From: Octopus sinensis
Lineage: Eukaryota
DNA length: 64,000 bases
NCBI RefSeq assembly: GCF_006345805.1
Contig: NC_043005.1
Location: 56,544,001 to 56,608,000 of the forward strand
Direction: 5' to 3'
A program made the translations under genes and the position numbers. The notes under the pieces are model-generated. The model did not search any database. It had not been told where the DNA came from and was given only the letters and a program-made list of their open reading frames with translations. Positions 1 through 12,792 of this stretch are shown here, piece after piece; position 1 is the first letter of the stretch, and each line of letters begins with the position of its first letter.

Positions 1-252
1 TCCCCACAATCAGTACCATTTCCATCCGCGCCCCGAGATCCTGCCTTCATTTACTGACTTAGAGGTCTGCAGTATGCTGGGTGTCGAGAGACAAAGTGGG
101 TAGGTGCGAAGTAGACTCAATTAAAACAAACTACAGTATCCTTAAGGGCTCTTCAGATTTGGAAGTAATGAATGCATCCATCCATCCATGCATACATACA
201 TATAATATATGTGTGTGTGTGTGAATGGATTTGTATATATATATTTAATTAT

Positions 253-301
<49 letters not shown>

Positions 302-389
302 TCCAAACAAGAAAACAGAAAAACACAGCAACGCGAGGACGTGGAACAATTAAAGTATTATTTGACGCTCAGGAAAGAAGGGAAGGAGA

Positions 390-424
390 GTTTAACGTTT
401 CGAGCGGAGCTCTTCGTCGGAAAC
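390..424 (-). ncRNA. Minimal hammerhead-like motif (U4C core variant)
   Basis: GTTT-CCGACGA-A-GAGC TCC GCTC-GAAA-CG-TT-AAAC, matching the minimal Penelope-type layout with a palindromic ACGT stem III; core position 4 is C. Confidence 0.55.
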
Positions 425-510
425 AAAGGAGAAGAAAAGATCCCGAGAAGGGAAGACAGAGGGAAAAAATTTTTTTGCTGGTGGTGCTCAAGAGATCACA
501 TATATATATA

Positions 511-979
511 TCTATATATATAAAACTCTAGTTGTGTGAGTGTCTGTCCCCTTCGATTTAGATTCCTAACTCCTCCCACATTTTGCGGTGCAGTTTAACC
601 AAATTCGGGTATCTTATAGTCGTGATTCATATCGAGCCCGTCTGACTATTAGCGCACGTCAACGATGAGTCTACGATTTTAAAAATAATTTAACATCATT
701 TTTTATTCCATTTTAATGCATAAAATGCATCGTGTGTCGATGGCGGCGGAGTTGGCGTCCACGCTCACAGCTGCACCTGTTTGCTTCTCCCCCTTCCCTC
801 CCTCGTGAAACTGTGGGGAAGGGAGTGTAAAGAAATCAACGTCGTAATGCGTTATGAAGACACCAAAACAAAAATGGCTAAGAAAGCCCGAATTGGCATC
901 TATAAGGGAAGTAACTCTCTAAAAATGCTTATATAGTTATTTCCCTTACAAGCCTGAGCAACGCCGGGCGATACTGCTA

Positions 980-980
<1 letters not shown>
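511..980 (+). mobile_element. Non-autonomous Helitron-like element
   Basis: A|TC start, CTAG|T end, subterminal hairpin CCTGAGCAACGCCGGG; the 3' end is shared with 15996-16381 and 43905-44304. Confidence 0.75.
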
Positions 981-1037
<57 letters not shown>

Positions 1038-1364
1038 GGGAAAATAAGTTCAAAAAAGAAAAATTCGAACTTTTTGAGAGTTCCAAAAGAGAGAAAGAAT
1101 GATTTCTAATAAAGATTCATCATATTCATAAAAAAAAAACAGCCAGAGCAAGTAATAAGAATATGAAAATAGTAGTTGAAAAATATTGTTATTGGTATAA
1201 ATATACCATAAACAATTAAAGAAAAATGCAGGAAAAAATTATGTTCAATCAAAATTAGATTGAATCCTATTTTGTATTAAATCTAATTTTGATTCAACAT
1301 CTTTTTCTCCTCCGTTTTTCTATAACTGTTTACGGTATCTTTATACCTATAACGATATTTTAAA

Positions 1365-1421
<57 letters not shown>

Positions 1422-1552
1422 TGTGTGTTTGTGTATAGAAAGATAGATAGATAGATTTACACATATACTCATATATACATACATGCATCAATGCATATAT
1501 GTACATGAATATACATATATATATAAACACACACATACATACATACATATAT

Positions 1553-1583
<31 letters not shown>

Positions 1584-1872
1584 TAAATATATGCGTATTC
1601 TTCCTGTAACGAAACTATAAATGGAGCTGTTTGGTGGACCAAGTTATAATTCCAGCACAGCGTACAACCAGCTGAATGTTGTTATCTAGACTTGATGTAA
1701 TCGTGCTGAAGGATCCCAACTGTAGCCCTTTATCAGATAATTTTGGTGTGTAGGGAGTAGGGATGTCCTGTTTATAAGTTCACTCCATACACTTCCTATC
1801 TTTAGCAAACGTGACGGCACGTCACTGTATATGGGCATGTAAATATGGCCGCCGGTCTGAGTTTTTGTCCGT

Positions 1873-1914
<42 letters not shown>

Positions 1915-2309
1915 ATGTTTTAATGCTAATGATATATGTCAGTGAGAGAAATCGAGGTAGAGTGGCAAAGAAATAGAACAAGACAGCAAAGTATGTGTGT
2001 ATGTGTGTGTATGCGCAGGTATGCATGTATGTATGTATGTTTGTGTGTGTGTGTGTGTGTATAAATGTGTGCCTGTGTATATATATATATATATATATAT
2101 ACATACATACATACATATATCTATATATATATATATACATACATATATACGTATATATATATACATGTATATACATATATGCATATATATATACACATAT
2201 GCATATAGAAACACAGAGAGAATCTATGGATATTCATATGTATTGGTAGAGATAAATATATACATGCACGCATGCATGCATACATACATACATACATAAA
2301 TACATGCAT

Positions 2310-2345
<36 letters not shown>

Positions 2346-2493
2346 GTACACGCACACATACACACTTACACACATACACGTGCATGTATGTTTATTTTTT
2401 GAACTGTACATATGTATGTGCGTATCGAAAGCAAGAAACAGAAGAATGTGTAGAAATTCAGAAAAAAAAAAGAAAATGAGAGAAAAAAAATTA

Positions 2494-2865
2494 CAGGAGT
2501 GGCTGTGTGGCAAGTAGCTTGCTTACCAACTGCATGGTTCCGGGTTCATTCCCACTGCGTGGCAAGTTGGGCAAGTGTCTTCTACTATAGCCTCGGGCCG
2601 ACGAAAACCTTGTGAGTGGATTTGGTATACGGAAACTGAAAGAAGTTCGTCATATATGTGGCCGTTTGCCAGCCTCGTCTGGCACCTGTGCCGGTGGCAC
2701 GTAAAAAGCACCCACTACACTCACAGAGTGGTTGGCGTTAGGAAGGGCATCCAGCCGTAGAAACATTGCCAGATCAGACTGGGCCTGGTGCAGCCTTCTG
2801 GCTTCCCAGACCCCAGTTGAACCGTCGAACCCATGCTAGCATGGAAAGTGGACGCTAAACGATGA
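2494..2865 (+). mobile_element. SINE with family A head and a different body/tail
   Basis: Head A followed by GTTGGCGTTAGGAAGGGCATCCAGCCGTAGAAA and a tail ending GCTAAACGATGAT; an inverted tail copy lies at about 35663-35797. Confidence 0.82.
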
Positions 2866-2875
2866 TATAAATGAT

Positions 2876-2925
<50 letters not shown>

Positions 2926-2930
2926 GTATA

Positions 2931-2966
<36 letters not shown>

Positions 2967-4749
2967 TGTATGTATGTATGTATGTGTGTGTGTTTATGTG
3001 TTTGTGTTTGTCCCCCCAACATCGCTTGACAACCGATGGTGGTGTGTTTACGTCCCCGTAAATTAGCGGTTCGGCAAAAAGCGACCGATAGAATAAGTAC
3101 TAGGCTTGCTCGAATAAAGGCGGTGCTCCAGCATGGCCACAGTCAAATGACTGAAACAAGTAAAATAGTATATATATGCTTATTCAACTAATTTTCCATT
3201 AAGACGGGTGGAGAGAAGATTTAACGGTAGGAGTGTGGAATGAATGCGAAAATGAAAGAAAGAAAGAAACTAACTAACAGACAGACAAACACACAAACAA
3301 AAGGACAAAGAAGGAAAGAAAAAGGAAGGAAGGAAGGAAGGAAATCTTGAATATGCAATGCATCTGTCCCCTTTTCTATTCCGAATATCTAACATTAGAA
3401 TAAAAGCCAGTTGTTTTCCGACTGTCGAGAAAATACAGATTTCCACATCATAGCTTTTAAGGGATGTCTTTAAATCTTGTATCTAATTCATAATTACCCT
3501 ACGCGCGCGCGCGTGTGTGTGTGTGGATAAATACACACATTTATATGTGTAGAAAATGGTGTTAACTCAGGAGTTTACCCTATTAGGCTCATCCACGGGT
3601 CCAAGTTATCAGACGGATAGTTAGTTATCCTGAGATAGTTTGTTTTATTAAACGCATGCCTGAAAAAAATCCACAAATAAAATTACTACCAAGGAGAATG
3701 GAGTGAGCAAGTCCTTCTATTTCATTGATTTACAATTGTTTCACCGAAATTTCATGTCATGAGTACTGCTATGGTATGCAATAATGTAGGTAACCATTTT
3801 TTCATGAGTTTTCATAGACACAAACTCGAAAATTGATTCTCTGGAATAACGCTTTAATTATTATCTTTATCGTAGCTTTTTAAAATTGTTTTTAGATAAC
3901 TTTTCATTTTTGAAAAGTTTTTTCAAATATTTTGACTATCAAGAACTTTTAAAATTTACACAGACACAGACACACACACATACGTATGTATGTATTAAGT
4001 ATGGGTTTCAAATTCGGCACATGGCCTGCAATTTCAGGGACGGGGGGGTCAATCGATTACATCGACCACCCCCTTCCCGTGTTCAACTGGTATTTATTTT
4101 ATCGACCTCCAAAGGATGAATGGTAAATTCGACCTCGGTGGAATTTGAACTCAGAACGTAAAGACGGGTGAAATGCCGCTAAGCATTTTGCCCGACGTAC
4201 TAATAGTTCTGCCTGCTCGCTGCCCTTACGTATGTATTAAGTATTATTATAAAATAATTAATTTAAAGTAAAAAGTAACTATATATTTATTTATCTACTC
4301 CTTCGAGCAACACACTTAATCTAGTGTAGAGTACTCAAATCTTAAGCTAGACGCCAATAAAAATAAGATAATGCGATATGAATATTTTAACTATAAACAT
4401 GACAACTACCTATAAACTGGCTCCTAACTCTACCTCTTAACCCAAATATAGCTCTTCAACAATAATGTGCTTACAAGCCATAAATGCGTCGGTTGTCATG
4501 AATATGTATTTTAAGCATAAACCTTATCTCCTGATTGTAATTGTAATTGTGCCTCTTCGAGTCAAAGCGGTTGTTTTCATGAAGTCTCGCGATCTACTAG
4601 AAATAGCAGTCAAATTTCCACAAATATCTCCTTGCCATTTTAGGAGAAGACTGATACATTCTATGGTAAAGTCTTTAATTTACAGAATCAGGATCGTCGC
4701 TGCTGATCATATGTCGACTTTATTGGGGCCTACCTGGAGCTAAAAATCA

Positions 4750-5065
4750 GATAAATGTACTTATTAAACTAAAATATGTCCTTATTAAACTAAAATGTAC
4801 CAGCTAAAAGTAAAGGTGTTTTTGAGCTACAAATAGCGTTAAATATCCTGTTAAACTAAACGTATACCTCGTAACAAAAACCTAATCTCAACCATACATG
4901 TATCTATTAACTATAAATGTACCTCTTGACTACAAATGTACTTACTACCAATAACTGTACCTATTAATCACAAATGTACGTCTAACATACAAAAGTACCT
5001 ACAAAAACCCGTACACTTAATCATGAATGTATCTACCAACCATAAAAGTACAGCTTAACCATAAA
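4750..5065. repeat. Degenerate ~19-bp minisatellite (AAATGTACCTCTTAACCAT-like); a second cluster at 6290-6480
   Basis: Repeated AAATGTAC(C/T) cores at about 19-bp spacing in both clusters. Confidence 0.7.
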
Positions 5066-7415
5066 GCGACGGAAGCAGTATCAATGCCAAAAAGCAATTT
5101 TTATATCCAACTTAATGTAGCTGTATTGCTAGAGCGCCGAATATTGCGTTATTTACTTTGAGTGGACCTCTCATGTGGAAGTATAGTGCATAAAAGCACT
5201 TATATTTATATAGATGGTAAACATGAATCGACTGCTAAGGGCGCGGGAACTGTCAGATCACGTGATTTCCAAGCGCCCCGTCTCTTCAGGGAAAGAATGT
5301 CCAGTAAGCAGCACAGAGCCAAATCTCACTGCCGGAGATATATGGAATATCAGCGATCGTTCAGACATTGGTGTCGCAAATAGTTAACAGGCTTGTTAAA
5401 AAAAAATTATTATTAGCGACAGAAGCAAAAGGTAATCTTTACATCCAGCTTAATGTGAATGCATTGTTAGAATGCCAAATATAGCGTTGTTTACCATGAG
5501 GAGACCTCTCATATGGACGCATCTGGCGCCCGAAGTAGACGATTCCCGTCTGCACCATGCATCCATATGAGAGGTCTTCTCAAAGTAAAACAAAAGAAAA
5601 AACGCTGTATTCGGCGCCCTAACATACATAAAGTTGGATATAAAGATTGCCATAGATATATATTTTAACTGTACATGTGCCTCAAACATAAATATATCCC
5701 TTACTTCCTAAGCATAAATATCTCTCTTAAACATAACACTGTGAAACAAGGTTTTTGTCCTTGGGTAGCAACTGTTATTTCCAATTTGCTTACCCCTAGA
5801 AAGTATATAAAATGGCTAATATTTCCTTCAAACTTTACTTTTGTTACATTTATTCAAGCCCCAAAGAATCCCTCTCAACACATGGGTATGATGCTCCCCA
5901 ACTACCTCTGCTCATGATCAGAGATGTACATATCGTCAGCCACAAAGGGACATGCTCAAGTGGTTATGGTCAAGCAACAGACAAACGAATCTGTGGTACT
6001 GAGCAGAATGTTTGTTATAAAGATATTTCTTCTTCAGCAACTCTGTGCTAATTCTGTCTGAAATGTAATGGAAGATAGGTCAGTTTCAAAACATCGACGT
6101 TCAAGTCACAAAAGCAAAGTCTGAAGAGAATAGTAGTCATTTCCTTTGATTTCTAGATAAAAGCAAATACTGACCAAACACACACACACCAAAAAAAAAA
6201 TTGTTACACAGTGATCATTGTGCCTACTAACCATGAATGAGACATTATCCTTAAATATGCATACTTTTTATAGATGTGCACCAAAATTAAAAATGCCTCG
6301 TAGCCATAAATATATATCTTAAATTTAAATGTACCTCTTCACCATAAATGTACCAACCAGCCATAGATCTGTACCTCTTTTCCATAAAAAGTACTTGCTT
6401 ATCTTAATCATAAATGTATCCTTTAACCATAAAATGTACCTCTTAACCAAATGTATCTCTTAACTACAAATGCGCCTCTTTCATTATACAAACGTTCTGT
6501 ATTGTACAGAAGGTGGTGGTAATTAGATAAAACTAGCTTGATATAGGTTATCATGTTCCCCATGCATCGGTCACATTCCAAACAGTTTTCATAGCATGAA
6601 TAACTGCATTTACATTCAAATAATAGGTTATTGCAGCATGCTTTGTTTGAATTTCTGAACGTGAATACGAACGAAATGTCGATAAACATGTACTCCGGCG
6701 TGCTAACGATTCTGCCAGCTTGCCGCCGTATCGTACATAAATACTCGTTACAAATTTTGTCACAAGATCAGCAATTTCGGGGGAGGGGTGGGCTAGTCGG
6801 TTACATAGACCCCAGTGCTCATCTGGGGTCTATTTATCGACCCCGAAAGGGCGAAAAGCAAAGTGATCTTCGGCAGAATTTGACTCAGAACGTAAAGACA
6901 GGTGAAATACTGCTAGGCATTTTGCCTAGCGTACTAACGATTCAGCCAGCTCGCCGCTTTTAATGGCTTCAAATTTTGGCACAGAGCCAAAAGTTTGTGA
7001 CGGGAGGGGATAAGTTGATTACATCGACCCCAGTACTTGACTACTACTACTTTTATCGACCACGAAATTATAAAAGGCAAAGTCGACCTTGGCGGATTTT
7101 GAACTCAAAATGTAAAGACGGACGAAATACTGCTAAGCATTTTATACGGTACGGTAAAGATTCTTCGGCTCACCGCTTTAACATACAGGAATACTGGTTT
7201 CAAATTTTAACACGAAACCAGCAAATTTAAGTTCAGAACGTAAAGAGCCGGAAGAAGTGCTGCTAAGCATTTCCTACGATGCGCTAATGCTTTTGACAGC
7301 TCGCCACCTTCTTAGTCAAATAAATAACCATTTGAGTTACATAGGCATCACTTTCCCCTACTTAAGGAAGTGGAGTGCCGGGCGGATTGTTGTATTTGTG
7401 AACTATATGTATAAC

Positions 7416-7454
<39 letters not shown>

Positions 7455-7601
7455 ACAATTTAAAATTTCGGTTATTTTGCAATTCGAAAAGCCCGCCTTT
7501 TACATAGATATATGAGTGAACAATTCTATGTACTATGCTGAATATTTGTGGTGTTCGTCTGGTATGTTGATCTTCTTGTTCATTTTGTATGTCTTGATTA
7601 T

Positions 7602-7662
7602 GCTTGCGCTGAAGATTAAAAGTGCATTATGTGCACTTTTATGAAATCATATGATCTGCAGC
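7602..7662 (+). ncRNA. Type I hammerhead ribozyme-like motif
   Basis: TTGCG-CTGAAGA-T TAAAAGTGCA TTATG TGCACTTTTA T-GAAA-TCATATGA-TC-TGCAG: 10-bp stem II with U-U closure, palindromic stem III (ATCATATGAT), AUC triplet, stem I with 2 G-U pairs. Confidence 0.68.
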
Positions 7663-7809
7663 TGAATCTGTTTGTAAAAGGCTCGCTTCGATAATTGCAT
7701 TCCCTTGCGTTCGGTACAATGTGTTTACTATGATAGTTTTTTTTACTTTAAGAGACCCTCCTAGCGTGAGACATTTGTGTATAGTAATGCCCATAATATA
7801 AATAAATAA

Positions 7810-7849
<40 letters not shown>

Positions 7850-8307
7850 ATATATGTGAATATGTGATTATAATAATAAGTTAATGTGAATATCTATATG
7901 TTAATGAATGTGTTTATACTCACACACACGCGCGCGCGCGCGTATAGTCTGAAGAACTATATGGCCATCTATTAAAGTCTGACGAGTCGTCCATATGCCA
8001 GTAATGTACTTTCCGAGTACATTACTGGCATATGCCGAGTGACTTTGTTTCAACTTAGAATCACCAAAACAATTAAGCTTAACAGTGACGCATTCATTTG
8101 ATAAAAGTAAATATTCATGTCAACTGAAATGCATGCTTTACTTTTATCAAGTAACTATGACTATTGATTACAATCAAGATAACGTTGGGTATAAATACCA
8201 CCATTTGATAAATGTGTTTGTGTAGGAGGAGCCCTCTATCATAGTACATTCTACATAGAAATTGTATTATGGAGGACTGATTTCAATGGAACTACAACGT
8301 CCTCTAA

Positions 8308-8345
<38 letters not shown>

Positions 8346-8574
8346 CTCTGTATATTTATGTTTATATGCATGTATGTATACATGTATATACATATAGATA
8401 TTCTTTTACTCTTTTACTTGTTTCAATCATTTGACTGCAGTCATGCTGGAGTACCACCTTAAAAAAAAGAAAAAATATATATATATATATTTGTTGTGCA
8501 AGATTTTTAATAGGCTAAACTGGCAACGACGTAACTCGTTGCCGTAACAGCTTAATATGGCATTGATGGCGTCA

Positions 8575-8990
8575 TAAGAATTCATAAACTTTCGAGGGAA
8601 GATGAAGTATTTTTAGAACCGTGGATCTCGAAGCATATAAAGCCATAAATTATAGCATGTAAATATTGGGTTGAAAATCCCTATTTGATAGAAAAATCGA
8701 AGGCTGCACGTGGCACTCGAAACCACTATTGTACAAAAGCTATCCTTTGAATTTTTTCTATCCATTTTAGAAACTTAATTCTTATCAGCAACAATTGTGT
8801 GTTGTTGACATCATGAAAATTTATAAACTTTCGAGAGAATGTGAAATAATCTGTGTTTGGGACAGTACATCTCGAAGCACATAAAGCTATGAATAATACA
8901 TGTAAATATTGGGTTGAAAACCTTTTTGACAGAAAAGTTGAACGCTGCCCGTGGGCCTTTTTCCATCCAAATATTTACAAGCTATAATTC
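8575..8990. repeat. Diverged internal duplication, period about 240 bp
   Basis: ATAAACTTTCGAG, TCTCGAAGCA.ATAAAGC and CATGTAAATATTGGGTTGAAAA each occur twice. Confidence 0.75.
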
Positions 8991-9033
8991 ATAAATTTAT
9001 GTACTTCGAGATCCGCTGTTCTAATATATGTAC

Positions 9034-9085
<52 letters not shown>

Positions 9086-9139
9086 ATACACACATATACA
9101 GTTGACAAGTAAAGTTTTAAAAAGTTACCCTTCATAAGT

Positions 9140-9372
9140 CACACCGACTCATAAGGGTTGGTTTTCCCGTCTCCATGGCGTATATATTCGGCACCTGGAC
9201 GGGACGCTGGTCCGTCACATAATTACTCATTTTTGCAAGGTGAGCGAGTGGACTGAAGCAACGTGAACTGAAGTGTTTTGCTCAAGAACACAACGCGTCG
9301 CCCGGGCCAGGAATCGAAACTACAATCTTACGATCATGATTCCAACACCCCAACCACTGAGCCACGCACCTC
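9140..9372 (-). mobile_element. tRNA-derived SINE
   Basis: tRNA-like head at 9300-9372 (minus) with a CORE-like segment; a related head lies at 61500-61630(-). Confidence 0.75.
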
Positions 9373-9435
9373 CACATACAGTCGGCATACAAACATGGAA
9401 AAATTAATTATTTCTCTGTAGATTAAAAGAAATTA

Positions 9436-9483
9436 ACAGTCTTAATCGATTTTCGGACCTTATTGAATTCTCATCAGAGGTTA
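9436..9483 (-). ncRNA. Degenerate hammerhead-like motif
   Basis: CT-CTGATGA-GAATTCAATAAGGTCC-GAAA-ATCGAT-TA-AG; core and palindromic stem III are intact, stems I and II are weak. Confidence 0.45.
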
Positions 9484-10202
9484 TCTACATCACTTGATTA
9501 ATACTAGAGAAAGAAACATTTAATTTGTTCATAAACGAAAACATACTATTCACGTAACAGTGGCTGTACCAACTTTACAATAAAGCAAATTAACGGAGAA
9601 TCTTGCCTCTCACAATATAGAAACATTTTTCATGGCACCAGCAGATAAAATGGAAATATATTGCTCCAGAGAATATCCAGGAAGGGGGCTACTAATTTGC
9701 ACACCGTAAGTGTCAAATACTATTTAATATCAGTGGGTATCTACGGAGATCTCAATATACCCAGTATCAAAATATACTATAATGTCTCTAAACCTATGTA
9801 AGAGACTCATGGATATGTCGAATCTAACTATTTCTCTGATATATATGCACACACGATACAAAAATTTGAAAGCTGTTCCACTCATCAGTAATATAGTACT
9901 TGAGTAATGTATTTTCTCTCTCTCTCTCTGTCTCTCTCTCTCTCTCCCCTCTCACTCACGCACTCTTTCTTCCTTTCTTTCTTTTACTGTCTCTCTCTCT
10001 CTTTCTTTATCTTTCTTTCTTCGTTGATTTTAGCAGTTGTTCTTTGAGTAATACAGCACCCAAAATCCTATATAAGGACACAAGAGATGTGTCAAGGCCG
10101 ACAGGAAGCGTCGATGCTTCCTAGGGCTAAACAGCGGTGGTGAAATTCCCTTACAGGACTGTCACGTTAAGTTGACAGTATACAACCACTCTATATATAC
10201 AT

Positions 10203-10285
<83 letters not shown>

Positions 10286-10286
<1 letters not shown>

Positions 10287-11576
10287 GAGGGGCGTTCAAT
10301 AAGTAATGCCCCTGACCCACTTCCCATAGCAGTAGAGCAACGAAACTTGGCACAGTTATTAGTCTTTTTCTACCTAGGAACCACCCAGAGTAACGCATTT
10401 CTCTCATCGTGTGATGCAGCTCTGGAGACCGTTTTTGTAGAAGACCCCAGCTTGGTCCTCCAACCACGACGTGACTTCAGAAATCAAGGCTGCATCATTT
10501 GGAAAACACTTTCCTTTCAAAAACAACTTCATGGCTGGGAAGAGGTGAAAATCTGAGGGTGCAAGGTCAGGAGAGTAGGGGCATGGAGGAGGAGTTCATA
10601 GCCGCACGCCTGTGCTTCTGATCTGGCGACAGCGTGTTGTGGACCGGAGCGTTGTCCTGCAAGAGGAGGATGCCTTTGCTGACCTTGTCCCGCCTCTTGA
10701 TTTTGATAGCTTCTCTTAATTTCCTCAAAAGTGAAGCATAATAGGCTCCTATAATTGTGGTACCCTTTGCCAGGAAATCTGTCATCACTACTCCGTCCTG
10801 GTCCCAGAAGACTGTGAGCATGACCTTGCCAGCGGAGCGCTGCACCCTTGCCTTCTTTGGAGGAGGTGAGTCACGGTGCTTCCACTGCATTGACTGGGAT
10901 TTGGTCTCTGGATCATAGTGATGGACCCAGGTTTCATCCTGTGTAATCAGTCTTTTGAAAAAAATCGACTCATCTTCTTGGCATATCTCCAAATTCATCC
11001 TCGAGCACTCGACGCATTCTTGCTTCTGGAAAGATGTGAGCAACCTGGGAATCCATCTGGCAGACACCTTTTGCATATGCAAATTGTCTAGAATGATAGT
11101 TTCCACAGACCCGGTACTAATCTTGACCTCATGGGCTATTTGGCGAATAGTTATGCGTCGATCTTCCAAAATGGCAGCCTCAACTTGACGGACAGATGCC
11201 TCATCAATGGAAGAAGGGGGGCGACCAGATCTGGGAGCTGTTTCCACAGAGTTCCGACCATGTTTGAATTCACGATGCCAGCGTTTTACAAGGTCATATG
11301 ATGGGGCATCATCACCATAAGTTACTTTCATTTCATCAAAAGTCACCCGTGGTGTGCGTCCTTTCAAATACAAAAATCGGATCACTGCTCGACACTCAAC
11401 AGGCTCCATTTCACATTTGACTCAGTTCAAACACCGGTAAATCCGAAACCACAATTAGTTCAGAGCTGTAATTTTCTCCTTAATCTATAGAGATATAAGC
11501 AATTGCACATGCAAAATTTCAGCTAGATCAAACAATTGCAAGTAGGTCAGAGGCATTACTTATTGAACGTCCCTCA
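10286..11576 (-). mobile_element. Tc1/mariner DNA transposon, full length (1291 bp), inserted in a (TA)n tract
   Basis: 32-bp TIRs CGAGGGGCGTTCAATAAGTAATGCCCCTGACC (10286-10317) and GGTCAGAGGCATTACTTATTGAACGTCCCTCA (11545-11576), 3 mismatches; TA on both flanks; encloses the transposase ORF. Confidence 0.95.
10359..11409 (-). pseudogene. Mariner DD34D transposase, disrupted near the C-terminus
   Basis: 280-aa ORF has WIPRLL, QDETW and LQDNAPVH. After a frameshift near 10630 the reading continues ARSEAQACGYELL, then after a second shift YSPDLAPSDFHLFP, with TGA and TAG at usual W and Y positions before the native TAA at 10359-10361. Confidence 0.93.
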
Positions 11577-11717
11577 TATATATACATATATATATATACA
11601 TATGTGTACATAAATGTACACACATATATATATGTATATATGTATACATACATATATATGTTTTTGTTCCAGCACACGATCTCAGATCAGGTCACTTGCT
11701 ATGCAAGTACATCTTCG

Positions 11718-11762
<45 letters not shown>

Positions 11763-11888
11763 GGTCCCGGGTTGATCCGGGGTTAACCACAGTAAGTAAG
11801 GTACTCAATACATAGCAGAGTAAAATTAATTTATTATATAGAAGGAGCTTCTACAGGACTAGTACTGTTTCATTCAAGAGAAATCTTC

Positions 11889-11945
11889 AGGAGCTTCCTG
11901 AAGATTTCTCTTGAATGAAACAGTACTAGTCCTGTAGAAGCTCCT
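11889..11945 (+). ncRNA. Type I hammerhead ribozyme-like motif inside a palindrome
   Basis: AGGAGCTTC-CTGAAGA-T TTC TCTT GAA T-GAAA-CAG TACTAGTC CTG-TA-GAAGCTCCT: 9-bp stem I, GUA triplet; the stem II closing pair is U-U. Confidence 0.72.
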
Positions 11946-11953
11946 TCTATATA

Positions 11954-11995
<42 letters not shown>

Positions 11996-12067
11996 ACATA
12001 CAAATATGTATATACACACGTATATATATAAATATATTTTATATGTACATATATATATATATATATA

Positions 12068-12216
12068 CATGCCTGTATGCATGTATATGTATGTATACAT
12101 TAATGTTTGATTTTGTCAGGTTATACATAAAAACAAATTTTTACAGTAAACTGAAAAATAAATCAATACCGTTTAATAGAGTATATACTTATCGACTTGT
12201 ACAATGTATGTATGTA

Positions 12217-12279
<63 letters not shown>

Positions 12280-12425
12280 GCCTGTATGCATGTATATGTA
12301 TGTATATATTAATGTTTGATTTTGTCAGGTTATACATAAAAACAAATTTTTACAGTAAACTGAAAAATAAATCAATACCGTTTAATAGAGTATATACTTA
12401 TCGACTTGTACAATGTATGTATGTA

Positions 12426-12508
<83 letters not shown>

Positions 12509-12662
12509 GCCTGTATGCATGTGTATGTATATATTAATGTTTGATATTGTCAGGTTATACATAAAAACAAATTTTTACAGTAAACTGAAAAATAAATCAA
12601 TACCGTTTAATAGAGTATATACTTATCGACTTGTACAATGTATGTATGTATATATGTATATA
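12068..12662. repeat. Three tandem copies of a ~155-bp unit separated by variable (TA)n
   Basis: Unit starts CATGCCTGTATGCATG at 12068, 12277 and 12506. Confidence 0.95.
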
Positions 12663-12792
12663 TATATGTATAGCAGAAGTAACAGATTGACTCAACGTCC
12701 GAGAGTTTCGATGTTGGTACTTAGCAAAATAGCTGCATATGTGTGTGTGTGTATATATATGCGTGTATGTATATATATATGTGTGTGCGTGT

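Noticed and set aside
5250-5292. Hammerhead CTGAAGA...GAAATCACGTGATC (minus) as a functional ribozyme
   Set aside because: Core and palindromic stem III are present, but stems I and II do not pair; counted only as a degenerate relic.
6423-6689. Cys-rich ORF (CCNNLLFECKCSYSCYENCLECDRC)
   Set aside because: There are no splice signals or recognisable domain spacing, it starts inside a SINE, and it could be chance.
12068-12662. CRISPR-like repeat-spacer array
   Set aside because: The context is eukaryotic, the spacers are only (TA)n, and there are no cas genes.
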